Of a stretch of 64,000 nucleotides of DNA, positions 27,001-39,260 are shown in pieces (position 1 is the stretch's first letter; each line of letters starts with the position of its first letter). The stretch is from Lingula anatina (lineage: Eukaryota; Animalia; Brachiopoda). The stretch spans positions 2,418,001-2,482,000 of the forward strand of contig CM120642.1 of the NCBI GenBank assembly GCA_051362555.1, read 5' to 3'. The notes beneath the pieces were generated by a model. That model had not been told where the DNA came from. It did no database searches and was given only the letters and a program-made list of their open reading frames with translations. Position numbers and translations under genes: made by a program.

Positions 27001-29093
27001 CCTTGCTTCTTTACCTCCACCTTACTAACGAGTTTTTTGTTTGTTTTTATCAGGGTTTGTCTGGTTGGTAGTGGGAAAATATCTCATAAAATTCTTCACA
27101 AACTTTGTTGAATTCGCATGATTGACAGTTATCTAGGAGACAAAGGAGTGATTGCATTTTCCGAAGCTGGGTGTCATAATATTCAACAAAATTCATTGCA
27201 CTAAACTTAAGCGGAAGTCTGTTCTGGGAGTGACATCTGGTGTACAGTCTGAAATTACCTTGTTTTCAACAGAATGTATGTGCTTTGTCCCCAGATACAT
27301 CTCAGTAAGCAGTAAATGGTCATCCTTACGGGGGGTCTGCTTTATTGCTTAGTCCGAAACTTCAAGGCATACGCGATAATATGTCTGATAATGGAATGAT
27401 ACCGATGAACAGCAATATACGTACCGACACAATCGCCCAGGCCTCTCAAGGAAATCTTGTCTACAGCGAGGTCACTATAGTAATCCGACCCACGGATGCC
27501 TTCAAAGACGATCTAAAATATTGCAATAGTTCTTTCATTTCCATTGGCTTCACATGTTCTGAAGCGACAGATGGAATACATTGCTGGAAATTAAACCGTA
27601 ACTGCACTACTATCCTGATTTGAACAATGAATAGTAGCCTACCAATTCAAATAACTTTTAGCGTATAATAATAATAATAATAATAATAAAAGCCAAAAAG
27701 GGTGACTCATGTCCAATTCCAAGCGTTTATTTTTATTTTTTAACTTTTGAAAGCCTTTTATTTTGGCAACGCGGTTGTAAGTTGACACCTAACCAGATAA
27801 TGCGGTAATTATTTCAAAAATGAATAAACATCGAAAACATGCCATGAATTTGAAGAAAAGAATCCTTTATCTGTTAATCTCGAATTTGAATGATTACACC
27901 AAGTATGAATTGATACCGGTACCTTAAATTTGCTCAGCTCTTTAGGTAGGTCCACCTGTGCCAAGAGCCACACACTTCCCAAGTTTCCTGACCGAGTGAA
28001 GAGCAGAGTGTTTTTATTGGTAGCCACGTCCCTCGCGTAAACATTAAAGGTACCCATGGTTCTGCCGTACATGTTGTAGTAGAAGGTCAATTTGGTCGGG
28101 CACATTCCAGTTTTAACAAACTGTTTACTGACCAGCTTAAATCGATCCCCGGTCCGACGGGGACTGGACGTCTCAGTATACATATAATACCTGCCTGGAT
28201 AAGTAAATAAACATTATTTTGGTGGGTATTCCAATTTTGGATTTTCTGCAGTCTTGAGTTTTTAGAGTCTCCATTTTTTTCCTTTTTTGAATACACCTTC
28301 GATTATTACTGATTATATGCGATATGAACATTATACCGCCTTATATTAATTAATCTAGTATTATGCCATCATGCATTTTTTTGTCTAATAGTTATATTAC
28401 AATGTTGTTGAAACATTTAAAGGGTGTCGGTACAGGACAAACAAGTTTGCCCCTTTACCCTCCTCGACAACATGTATCCTCCCCCTGATTATATGCTTTG
28501 GTCAACTCTACATATACCGTACCGTATACCATACAAAAAGACTACACATTTGTGGCTTTCCAAAATGGAAAAAGGATAAAATACTATATATCTCTCAGAT
28601 TTGATTTTGTGTCAAATTTTTTATATTTTAGGGAACATATTTGCTAACAAAGGATAAAGATGAACATATCTGGTTACTTTTATGACGATATATGTAATAT
28701 CTACAATTACAATGAACTCATGCGAATGCACTTACCATCGTAGGCTCCGCTGGGTCCCGTGCCACTGCTGCCAGTGGCTCCAGTAAGTCTTGTCCAGCCA
28801 TACCCTTCACTGGTAAATGAACATAAGTTACTCTCGAAACTGCATTCCCACGCTGTAATGAAGAACTTAGTCTAAATATTGAAGGAGTGTCTTGAAACTT
28901 AATCATTTCGTTCTCTTTTTTTATTTCAGATTTGCAGATGAATAATCATTCTCAACTGGAAACTATGCAAAAGTTTCATTTATCAAAAACGTTAATGTCC
29001 TGACTCGTCTAAGTGTTTAGTAAACTTACAGCTCTGTGCATGCAAAGTCTGCACGCCCACCAGGAGGAGACACAGAAACAGATATCCCTGCAT
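15623..29093 (-). CDS. Secreted mosaic protein: signal peptide-MAM-Sushi-CUB-Sushi-Sushi-Sushi-MAM-CUB-fibrinogen C-terminal (FReD) domain, 18 exons, ~1036 aa
   Basis: Phase-compatible GT-AG exons: 29093-29030 (MQGYLFLCLLLVGVQTLHAQS), 28852-28736, 28194-27923, 27512-27425 (MAM1), 26947-26762 (Sushi), 26418-26231, 25871-25730 (CUB1), 25507-25334, 24777-24607, 24207-24034 (Sushi x3), 23697-23578, 23296-23034, 22553-22460 (MAM2), 21633-21432, 20774-20554 (CUB2), 16963-16819, 16431-16224, 15904-15623 (FReD: YPRDCSE, TWMEYALGFG, DFWLGN, GGWWWDGC). Total 3111 nt, a multiple of 3. Confidence 0.88.
17230..19790. mobile_element. Decayed Helentron/HINE-like internal sequence in the CUB-FReD intron
   Basis: Recurrent motifs gccacacccc, tttcatgttcctaact (17334, 19121) and tatggta resemble the internal region of the 55300-58668 element. 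Ends not defined. Confidence 0.3.
19982..20079. repeat. 32-bp inverted repeat (31/32 match) around a (CA)n spacer
   Basis: gccgtatttttcaaccgaacgcattttgcaac (19982-20013) / gttgcaaaatgcgttcggttgcaaaatacggc (20048-20079). Confidence 0.9.
23401..23600 (-). repeat. 37-bp x5.4 tandem array amplifying the 5' splice donor of the first MAM2 exon
   Basis: Unit acactgggtccggtgtatagactacttaccgttggat, identical copies; the minus strand gives ...TCCAACG|gtaagtag five times. Confidence 0.95.
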
Positions 29094-29128
29094 CTTCAGC
29101 TTATGATCTCTTGTCTGGTGTCTAGTCA

Positions 29129-29138
29129 TATTTATATG
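29129..29138 (-). promoter_or_regulatory. Candidate TATA box of the MAM/CUB/FReD gene
   Basis: CATATAAATA on the minus strand ~40 nt upstream of the ATG at 29093. Confidence 0.4.
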
Positions 29139-29210
29139 AGTACATGAAGATCTACACGACCGCGTCAAACACCGTTGTAACTGAAAGCGTTATCACACTC
29201 AGTTAACTAA

Positions 29211-31220
29211 AGGCCGGGTCACACTGCGCTTGCGACCTTTTTGCAACCTTTTTGCAACCACAAAATCTGGCGGTCGCTTGCGATCACTTTGCAAGCTAAT
29301 TAAGAAGCTGTGGCCAATTTTGATCGGCAAGCAGTCGCAAACCGGTTGCAACAAGGTTGCAGTATGGTATCTGCAACCTCTTATAGACCATCTTCAAGTT
29401 ATAGGTTACCAGGCGCACACTCTTTGCCGAGCGATACACAACCTGTCTGCAACCACTTGGTGACCGAAAACCGGTTGCAGGACTGTAGCAATCGCTTGTC
29501 AACTGGTAGCAGCAAAGTCGCACAGGATATATATGTTGCCAACTTGTGACAGTAGCTGCTTTCCCATAAATTCCCCTCTCAAAAAACAAAAAATTTCTAG
29601 TAAAACGACTCCTTTTCAAAAAGACGGGACTGCTATAATCATTGACTTTGTTTACCAAAGAAGTAAAACGAGTAAAAGACCTCGAAAATACTGGGTGAAC
29701 CCGTGGATTGCAAGACGCCCCTTGTAAGGCGATTACAAACATTTGATGAAAGAACTTCGACTTGAAAATCAGGAAGTTTTCATTTCCTTCCTAAAAATAG
29801 AACCAACAATGTTTTGTGAACTTTTGAAAAGACTACACCCTCACCTAACGAAACCAGTGCTGCAATAAAAACATAAACTTGCATACATTTTAATCCTTGT
29901 TAATCTCATAATACTCTTTAATATATTCTTGTTCAAATACTTGGTCTCTTTGAGGTCGCAAGGCCTGTGCAGTTACGGTATCACTGAACAAAAAACCTCG
30001 GTGCAGCACCGATAACCTCCTGGCGACCGACAAACCTACTTGTGGTATCCAGCCGCTTGCTATCAGGTCGCCGACTGCTTTGCAACCGCTTTGCAACCCA
30101 ATGTGTGGTTTTCCCTTTGTCTTTTTAACCCTAGGCGTTTGCCACTTACAATACAACGTAACTAAATCGTGACAAGTCATGCGCATCGTGTACTTTTTAC
30201 ACTCTCATCCTTGTAGTGAGGATACCAAGCACTGGGAAGATGTTAAATTGTTTGTGTTAAAACTATTTTTAAGTCTATTGGACACACTTTACGATTTGTT
30301 CAATTATTTGTGGATAATTTTGATTGTTGACATTATGATATTAAATAGCAGCTATACCTTGCTGATTAAATTGCTTTTATTTTCCGTTTTCTCTGCATTC
30401 GTGTATTTGTTTCATTGTTTACTCTGATAATATAGCTTTGCAAATTTTAAATAACATACAACGATATATAATTGAGGTTTTCGGCATTTTACCTATGATT
30501 TTCGCAAAATGATAAAATAAATAAACGTAGCGTCAAAAAATCTTACATTGCTTTTATCATCACATTTTTTTTTTTTTTTTTGGTTTCGTAAGTGTGAAAT
30601 GCCTGGTATATGAAAGCCTTGGCAATTGGTATAAAATATTGCCAACAAATGCAATTTACGTTTTCTTTTTCTAAAATATTACAATTTACGACCTTGATAT
30701 TTAGAAGGCTTACATAACAAATTATGAAAAAGTCTTTGCCCAAATAGACCACCATCCTACGCCTATTTTATTGCAGTCGCTTGCAACCTTCCTGCAACAT
30801 ATCTTCGAACGCCTGCGATCGGTAAAAAACCTGTTAGCGACCAAGATACTAAAGACCGTCAATCGACCATGCAGTTACAACTGCAACCTTCTAGCGACCT
30901 GCTGCCGACTACTTGCGACTGGTAAAAAACTTGTAAGCGACCAGTCGACTAAATACGGTCAATCGACCATGCAGTTGCAAATGGTATGCTACTGGTTATA
31001 GCAACCTACCGACAACCAAGAAGAGACCGATAGGCAACCTTTAGGAAACCGATAATTTTCATCTTTAGTCGCACTGGTTGTCGGTGCACAAAAAATGGCC
31101 TTCATGTGTCAACGATCGCAGGCGACCTGTTAGCAACCTTATGCGACCACTTTAAAACCTATGGCAACCTCTTTGCGACTGAGGTTGCCAAAAGGTTGCA
31201 AGCGCAGTGTGACCCAGGCT
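29211..31220 (+). mobile_element. Non-autonomous PIF/Harbinger element (2.0 kb) with a transposase remnant
   Basis: ~38-bp TIRs aggccgggtcacactgcgcttgcgacc... / ...ggttgcaagcgcagtgtgacccaggct; TAA TSD (29208-29210, 31221-31223); subterminal gcaacc/gcgacc repeats; 29667-29855 encodes KRPRKYWVNPWIARRPL*GDYKHLMKELRLENQEVFISFLKIEPTMFCELLKRL (Harbinger nuclease N-terminus). Confidence 0.9.
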
Positions 31221-31575
31221 TAAGATGAAGTGCGCGTGCACGCACGCTGTGTCATCCTAAGGCCAATCGAACAACATTCTCGTCTTGTGCTTGGGTACGC
31301 TGACGAATAATGCCTTGTTTCTGCAGGTAGTTTAAAAGCAAATTAGACTAAACGGTGTTGGATGCGGTACATGATAGAGACTAATCTTCTTAGTCCGGTT
31401 GTCTTATTTCAGTAACACACATGCTCAAAGTCCCACACAAAGAAAACACGAATTCGATTGCACAAGGTCCATGAAATATTACCGGAAATTGATTTTTTTT
31501 TAGTTTAACAAGATGGATTTTGTAAACTCTATTAACATGTCCCCCTTGTTTCATTTTAAACACACACACACACAC

Positions 31576-31622
<47 letters not shown>

Positions 31623-32086
31623 TACACACACGGGTAGACAATCGATAAATATTTTAAACAAAATAAAATAGATAAATATAAAAAATATTAAATTTGCTAA
31701 AAAAATTAATGACTTTGAAACGATCGGATATACACCCTGGAGACTTTAAACTTTATCCCTAATCACGTTTTTCACATTTGATTTTGCTTAACAAAATGAT
31801 TATAAGGTTTTTGCGCATATGAACAGTTCTTGGTGTCAGATACATGCATTCGACCTTGACCTTGATTTGAAGCACCGTCCTCGTGCACTATGAGCAAGTG
31901 TGCGCGTGCTGCTGGTCTGTCTACGTCACATTACGTCAGTTAAGCCAATTTTAAAGGAGAGGAGATGCACAGATAGTGAAGACAAACAAATTTCTACCAT
32001 CTGCGGCTTTCACACTGTATTTGCATCAACGTGCCTCGGCTCAGGTCAACGTGACATAATACCAGAGGAGACAACTAGGAGAAAAT

Positions 32087-32136
32087 AATCGGCAAAATGG
32101 TCCACTCTGTCGACCATTTTGCCGATTCTTGACTAG
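32087..32136 (+). other. Perfect 16-bp hairpin followed by CTAG (Helitron-like 3' end)
   Basis: aatcggcaaaatggtc-cactctgtc-gaccattttgccgatt, then CTAG at 32133-32136. Confidence 0.45.
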
Positions 32137-32147
32137 ACTTTGGCTTC

Positions 32148-32413
32148 TTTATTACCTTTGCAAGGAGCTTTCGTTTCTTGTTCCATTTGTTAGTTTGTCA
32201 GTCAGTTATTGTTATGCTATATGCAGAAAGTTGTGGACAAATTTTAATGAAATCTTCAGGACTGGTCACAGGGCCAATGGAGCAAGGAAAAAACACGTTA
32301 TTGCATGCTGTGGCGTGACCTCTTGCATCACACGCGAACGCGTTCTGCGTCCTGGCTACGGAAAGTGAAATTTTGTTGGATCATTCGCAAAATTGTATGG
32401 AAAATTTAATTGC

Positions 32414-32462
<49 letters not shown>

Positions 32463-32570
32463 GGCCCTAAACATAGTTGTTGTAGTTTTTTTCCCTATAG
32501 TAATATTTTTCTCGAGAGTATTTCCGGGCACATTGGCGGAGATCTACGCTGGTTGAGCGCCTCTACTTGT
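32148..32570 (+). mobile_element. Short Helentron-associated element (HINE/DINE-1-like), degenerate
   Basis: 5' tttattacctttgcaaggag...tttgttagtttgtcagtcag and 3' cattggcggagatctacgctggttgagcgcctctacttgt (subTIR + hairpin + CTAG-like end); internal (AAT)n. Confidence 0.55.
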
Positions 32571-32859
32571 ATAAATATGATATGATATCGCACTGCATGC
32601 GACATACAAGAGCTAATTGTATCGAGGCCCAGCCACTCTTGTGGGCGGCATATCATGTTGTCACTAGTATATGTACTTAAATTTTGCCGGAATTGTATAC
32701 AATTCAATGTATGGGCCAGGTTCTTCATCTTTTACCACAGCTTCTGTCAATGCAATTCTTAAATCATTGTGTGGCTATGGATAAATACTAGAGAAACCCG
32801 TCTTGACATATTTTTTAAAAAATAAAATCAATATGTGGCTTTTAATATTTTGTTGCTAT

Positions 32860-33450
32860 GTTGGCGGTGGTCAACGGGAACCTTAGCATAGACCATTGCA
32901 TCCAAGTACTGGAAAGGGAACTTAAGGAATTCTGTCGAAAATATCTTTGGAGACCATAATCGTCCATTTATGTTTCAGCATGATAATGCTACTCCACGTA
33001 CAGCCAACGCAACAGTAGGCTGGTAATATGCGGACCAGATCCAGAACCCCCCCCCCCCCTCCAACGGCCATGCCAATCCCTAGATGAGAATCGCTGTAAA
33101 AATGTGAAGGATAACCTCGGAAATCAATAATTGAGGGATAACTCTGCAAACAAAATTGATCGCATACTATCTTTGCACCGTATGTGGAACGCCATCACTG
33201 CGCAAACATTACAGAAATTCCTAACTCCACGCACTAACACGAGTGGTGCGTCCTCTAATATACTGTACAAAATATTAAAATGTGGTTTTGCTTTTACTAT
33301 GGTTATAGTTTATTCATTGGTTGTACAATCAGTAATATTTTGTGAAATAAATCCCTTTAGAAGTTGAATAAATAACAGTGGTTCATGACATGATTTTCTG
33401 TATTATTTTACGCATTGCGTTAGGGCTGACACTTCCTTGGAAGGGTAGTA
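32860..33450 (+). pseudogene. Tc1/mariner transposase relic with 3' terminus
   Basis: VVNGNLS...SVENIFGDHNRPFMFQHDNATPRTANATVGW...PCQSLDENRCKNV...WNAITAQTLQK resembles the DDE motifs FQ.DNAP.H and WP.QSPDLNPIEN; ends ...gaagggtagTATA. Confidence 0.7.
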
Positions 33451-33503
33451 TAAATGTATATAAGAATCGACTGGTAGCCAAATAAAGGTTGACATGGGAT
33501 CTG

Positions 33504-33579
33504 ACTAATACGAGACCAATTCTTGCCTTTCATTTAGGAAGAACTAATACGAGACCAATTCTTGCCTTTCATTTAGGAA
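33504..33579 (+). repeat. Exact 37-bp duplication (39-bp period) resembling a branch point-polypyrimidine-AG acceptor
   Basis: actaatacgagaccaattcttgcctttcatttaggaa occurs twice. Confidence 0.85.
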
Positions 33580-34990
33580 AAACTTCATAGAACCAACCAT
33601 ACGTATGTTGGCAGCATACAGCTTTACTTATATTTTGTACATGTAATTCTCACACATCAAATGAAGTGCTGTATTGCTCCACTAATATTTCTGTAATTCT
33701 TACAATTTTTTCTATGGTATATCTTTACATTTGTGCTTAAATTGCGATCAACAATTCACGGCTTAATTATGCTTTTGTCAGAGAAGCAACCAGATAATGT
33801 TAAACGCTGTCACAATCTAAAAAAAGAAGTTCGGGTTTCTTTAGTTTCTTTTGCTTTCTGCCACACATCAAATATCTATGCACGAGCTAAGCACGAGCGC
33901 ATCATATCTGTACTTACTTACAGAGATGCTTGTTTCTGAAGCAAGGTGTTCTGTCCTTTTACTTTTTATTTTCCTTTTCCTCTTTTCTCTTTATCAATCA
34001 CCTGCGTCGGAACCCTTTAACGGTCGAATTGTTTTAAAATTGAACATTACCTTGATTTTAAAAACGCAGTAGCTGTTATGAAGTGCCGTGCTGCAGGAGT
34101 GCAACAACTTAGTGAAGCGTTGAAAAAGCTAGGACTGTCGGGGACCCTTTTTCTTGCGGGTAGGACTATTATTTGCTAAAATGTAAAACTAAGCTTTCTT
34201 TTTATATTCTTTACCTGCTGCAGCTTTTATCTTTGAAATGAAAGCTCTTACCAAAAGTTGAAGGCATGGGATTGCTGAACAGTCTCCGCAAGGTTTCAAA
34301 TAAGTAGCACAACAGCAGGAAATTATTTGTTGGACTTTCAACAATTTGAGAAAGGCGTAAATGATCACTAAGATTTTGAGTCAAGGCTCAAGTGAGGCTA
34401 TAGATTTGTTAATGATCTTTCTTTTTTAAGCTGCAGCAAGCACTATACTGTTCTACCATTCACAAAGATAATGAATACATGTCTACGTGTGCACATTGGC
34501 AATAGGCTCCATAACCATCGATTTTTTTCAATTTCTAAGAAAATCGCTTAAATCGTAAAGTTTTGAATTTCTTCATTTTACATGTTACATAAATGACCGA
34601 ACAGAAAGGTGCGTGACCTCACTATATTCATCATTTTGCCCAATGCAGTGTATATAACTGTACTCGATAGATATGCACGTATATTTTGTTTTGTCGCCAC
34701 GTCGGCTTACAAGCTTAAGGTTCGATCCTAATATAAAGAGCCTGCGGTGGAAATGGCCTTCGGTTAAATCTACGATAAAAAGACCTGCTTAGCTGTGCAA
34801 CAGGTAAAAATGAACAAAGAAACCGCTGCGTCACATGCAGATGGCAAAGGTGTGAGATTACATTGGTTATTGGCATGAGAACCTGCCGGCAATGACGTCC
34901 ACACAACCAACGTATTTTCTGAGGTTTTGATTGACAATCACATTTCACAAGCGTCAGTCGAAGAACTAAGTCACGACATTGCATACAGCA

Positions 34991-36127
34991 ATGTCCCTGC
35001 ACACTGGCGCAAATTGTTCCATATTTGCAGGCAACATGACGGATCTTTGTGATGATTTTGAAGTTTATAACTATACGAAATGGGCCAGAATCACGGTCAC
35101 GGTGCTTTCGACGATTGCCATCGTACTGGGTACCTTTGGAAACGCCAGTGTGATCATCATAACTATCTCCACCCCCATCCTGCGGACCTGGGACAATTCC
35201 TTCCACATCAATCTGGCGATCGTTGATCTACTTATCTGCATCACGGTGGCGCCATTCACGATCTTTTCGGTGTGGTCGTGGGGAGAGCACTTCCCATCTA
35301 AATGCACCATTGCCCGCGGGATCATCTTCGGACCTGCCATTAACATGACCATTCTGGCAACCATCAGCGTTCTACGTTCGTATAAAATTCGTCACCCAAC
35401 GCACGACGTCAGCAAGGCATTGATGAAAGCAGGCATAGTCCTGCCTTGGATGATCGGATTTTGCTTGTCAATGGTTGACATACTGAGGAAAAAGGAGTAC
35501 CCTTTTCAGGTGGAATGTCATAGTGAAGGAAGAGGTGAAGTTACCGTTTCTGCTCTGATTCCTTTGGCTATCATTTGTGGCACGGTGATGCTCGTCAGTT
35601 ATATATCTGCGTTTAAGAAAATTTTACATCAACGTCAAGCAATAAAACCTTATGCCACGGGCCATATAGTAAGTACTATATCCAATACCAGATTGGAAGA
35701 ATCTCAGTTTAATGGTTCCACGTTTGATGCCACGCGTGAAGGCAGAAGTAGACATTTTGCAGAGACTTTGGCATGCGAATACTCAGATGTGTTCGAAATC
35801 AAAAATGGAACCGATCACCATTATATTAAATTGGTTCAAAAAGACCAACATGTTATTGTCACGAGTCTTATAGTTATCGCCGTGTATGTTCTTACCGTTT
35901 TACCAACAATCATAATGAACAGAGTATTTGTATTGGTTCAGCATTCCGTTCACGCTTACGGTATGGCGCAGGTCACTGCTTCGTTCGTTATCATTAATAG
36001 TTTTGCCAACCCCTTCATCTATACACTGCGAACCGATGTGGTACGAAAGAGATTTTGTGACTGGATGACGTCAATAAGGAAAAAGATCCGACCCCCTGAA
36101 AACAAGATAGAGGACAATTATATTTGA
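34991..36127 (+). CDS. Intronless orphan class A (rhodopsin-like) GPCR, ~378 aa
   Basis: Seven hydrophobic segments; N-terminal N-glycosylation sequons (NCS, NMT, NYT); TM1 GN, TM2 NLAIVD, TM3 Cys, DRY replaced by LRS, TM4 W, TM7 NSFANPFIY. First ATG at 34991 (the ORF track starts at a TTG, 34979). Confidence 0.9.
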   Translation: MSLHTGANCSIFAGNMTDLCDDFEVYNYTKWARITVTVLSTIAIVLGTFGNASVIIITISTPILRTWDNSFHINLAIVDLLICITVAPFTIFSVWSWGEHFPSKCTIARGIIFGPAINMTILATISVLRSYKIRHPTHDVSKALMKAGIVLPWMIGFCLSMVDILRKKEYPFQVECHSEGRGEVTVSALIPLAIICGTVMLVSYISAFKKILHQRQAIKPYATGHIVSTISNTRLEESQFNGSTFDATREGRSRHFAETLACEYSDVFEIKNGTDHHYIKLVQKDQHVIVTSLIVIAVYVLTVLPTIIMNRVFVLVQHSVHAYGMAQVTASFVIINSFANPFIYTLRTDVVRKRFCDWMTSIRKKIRPPENKIEDNYI

Positions 36128-39100
36128 TATTTCAGTTGGAAGTACGATTGGCCATTGTGTTTGTAAAGCATCGGTGTAAAATAATTGTTGATACAAAGCA
36201 AGTTTAGGGTTGTTGTTGTCATATAACTCTTATTTCACGGACCTTAGGTTTTGCACTGCATGCTCTTTGTCATAATTGCATTCGACAAGTTAAAAACTCT
36301 CAAATTAAAGGCAAAGAAGAGTGTTAATATATGTCATTTTTTTCTATATAAAACAGTATGAATGTGCTGTTGTTATGTACAAATACTTTCATTGGAAATA
36401 AATGTAAGATAAATACAAGTTGTTAACTTGGGCTATAACACTGTGAATAAAATTGATGGCTGTTGACAAAAATATGCGTTCGATGCGTTTGTCATTTACC
36501 TGATTCAAGACAGTTTTATTTGTTTTCGTAAAAACGAAACTTTGAAGCTATTGTATTGTGACAAATTCTCAAATCATAATTGTGGAGAAAATGTCCTGCA
36601 TATATGGATAAATATTGATTTTAGTTTCACTGGTGCCAAAATAAAAGTTGTCATGGATTATGATAAATAAGAGACATATTCACTGAAATATTTTCCTCTT
36701 ATTTAGGGAAACTCTTATTGAACCAAGCTTTTGTTGGATTGAGAAAAACTAGTATAAAGTTCCTTTGGACGTCGCCTTGTACCACATTTTTTAGTTTTAC
36801 ATGGGATTGATAGCAAAAACAAATCATTTCGAGATTCTTTTTTCTAGGTGAAATCTAGGTGCTCCACGATATTGTCTCTAAAACCCCCTTTACACTGGAC
36901 GGTGTCTTTCCTGCATCCTTTGTGCCACCATGTAGCTGGATTCGCTGTGCTCGTAGAAAGGAGGAACAAGCATTGCTTTGGTTGCAGAATGAATGAATGA
37001 TCAATGATCGGCAAGTTGTCGGCACGTAAAGTATTCTTGTTTTTCACTCTCAAACAGTACTATGAAATGCAGAAAGGACGCCTTTCAAAGAGAGGTTAAC
37101 ATGCAATAGCTCTTAATCTGTGGCATTGGCATGAAGTTTGCAATGCTTTGCTTTTAAGCTACATGTACAGTGTAATATAAACGCTTTGATAATCGAGCCG
37201 TTAAGACATTATATATTTTTAAAATAAAAAATCAGTATAATGTAGGTCCAGGGGAACAAATCTAGCGCATAAATAATACATATTTCTATTTAAAAAAAAC
37301 AATATGAGGAAGATGTTCATAACCACTGGACTAAAAAATCAAAATAAACTTAACGTTTCACTTTGGCCATCGGAAAAGAATCAACAAGAATATCCAAAGC
37401 TCATTGATTGAGGACAACCGTACACGTAGAAATTCTTAATTAGCACGACGGTATTATTTGACAGTAACACATGCGGCTAATCTCTCGAGGCTGAGTTCAC
37501 TGACCGGGCTATCGCATGTAAGCTGCTTATCTTAAACTTCACCTGGGCCATGGTGCGAATATGTCATCTGAGAATAGTCGACATTTTGAAATTAAATCTG
37601 TAACTGCCAGAAAGGTATAATGATTTATTGATCATTTTCAAACAGCTTGAGAACTTGTTCCATGGATTTTTGGAAATTGTTTTGTCTGTGGTATATATTA
37701 ACAAATGCCACTTTCATTTGCCGCGTTTCCCAGACCTTCTGTAAACCTCAGTCGTGGAAAAACAAGACCACCAAATGCTGAGATCATGCATAGAGACAAG
37801 TGCAAGATTCTATAAATGTAAGCTTCGGGGAAATTTATCAGAAAACGCGTTTGGAAACAGTTCTTTGAAATTTGAACAAACAAGTATCATGAAGTTGACC
37901 GTTAGAATTAAGGAACGTGTATCGAAAGTGTCAACGACATGCCCATTAAACATGCAGAGTTTGGTGACCGGTTAGCCGCAGGCAACTTCTGCATATTGCG
38001 TTGGTGGATAAGATTGTGTCAATTGTATAATAAAAATCCACTTTTCACATCCCCAAAGGACACTATGATAAGTGTGAGCATGGGAATATATACGATATAT
38101 TATCGTGGTGTGAGGGATCGCTGCAAATAATCCCTCTTGGATTACGTAACAGGCTGACTGATAGACAGGTGTGATTATTACAGGGACGACAACGACGAGT
38201 TGGAACGTTCAAGCGTTTATTTGCCGACTTAGTTTTCGTACAAAACCCAACAGTCCCTACATTCTCTTATCTCCGTACCAATCACGCATTTGTTCGTTTT
38301 CGTTACATTGCCTTTTGAGTGATTTCCAGAATTTTCCAGTCTGATTTGTGATTCCACCATTCTATATTTCTAAGAATTTTGTTTTCAGTTAAAAACCTAA
38401 AATATTTTTACATCACATTAAATTTGGATGGTATCCATAACTTGGTAGAAGAAGAAACGTGGTAGAAATTGCAAATTGATTGTGAAATTAACCAATCAAA
38501 TAAAACTACATGCGACTTTGATATTTTTCATTTCTTTCCCTACTTCCTCCCATTTCTTCACTTGTTGACTCATCAGGAAATTGAACTTTCACTCAATAGC
38601 TCGATAAGTTTTTACTTATTTGATTCTACTTCACTTATCGCTTGCAATTAATGAAAGTGTAAGCCATCAACTTAAAAACACTATGATGAATCCAATCCGT
38701 CAGTGACGCACCAGCAGCCATCTCATACCAGTGTAAGGTACAATCACACAGGACCGCTGAATCACGCACTTTAGCCTTTCAATCAAGACACGGAATCCCG
38801 AGAAGTGTTTATCAAATATGTCGCGATTAACTTGATGAACGAGGATGTGATTTCCAAAAAGAAAACCGAAAAAGTCCAATATAACATGCTTCTGATTTCA
38901 AATGGAGAAATTCATTACTTTACAAAAGGAATGGTCTGTTGATCTTATTCAGTTGCTGTTGTACAACACGGCAACATTAAAGAATGCTCACGGCTAGAAA
39001 AAGGTAAAGATTTATATTTTCACCGCGTACAATTAAATAGTTTTATCATTATCTTAACACCTACACGTAATTAGTAAGAATGAGTTTTCCGAAAGTCTCC

Positions 39101-39254
39101 CAACAAAATGAGCCCCACCCCGCCAGAGCTACCGTTTTCTGATTGCTATTTAATACCGTGTACATACAGCATTTTTAACATACAGCAGAATAAACAAATA
39201 AAAGAAATCTTTGTCACAAGCAAGATAAACCAATGGAATTTGATATAAAAAATC

Positions 39255-39260
39255 TTTATT
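39255..39260 (-). terminator. Candidate polyadenylation signal of WDR19
   Basis: AATAAA on the minus strand ~0.9 kb downstream of the stop codon at 40149. Confidence 0.4.

Noticed and set aside
34715-35364. Antisense ORFs overlapping the GPCR
   Set aside because: Shadow ORFs of the coding strand with no domain features.
38085-38420. Possible Crypton-like non-autonomous repeat
   Set aside because: Only a vague resemblance; no termini or coding remnant could be supported.
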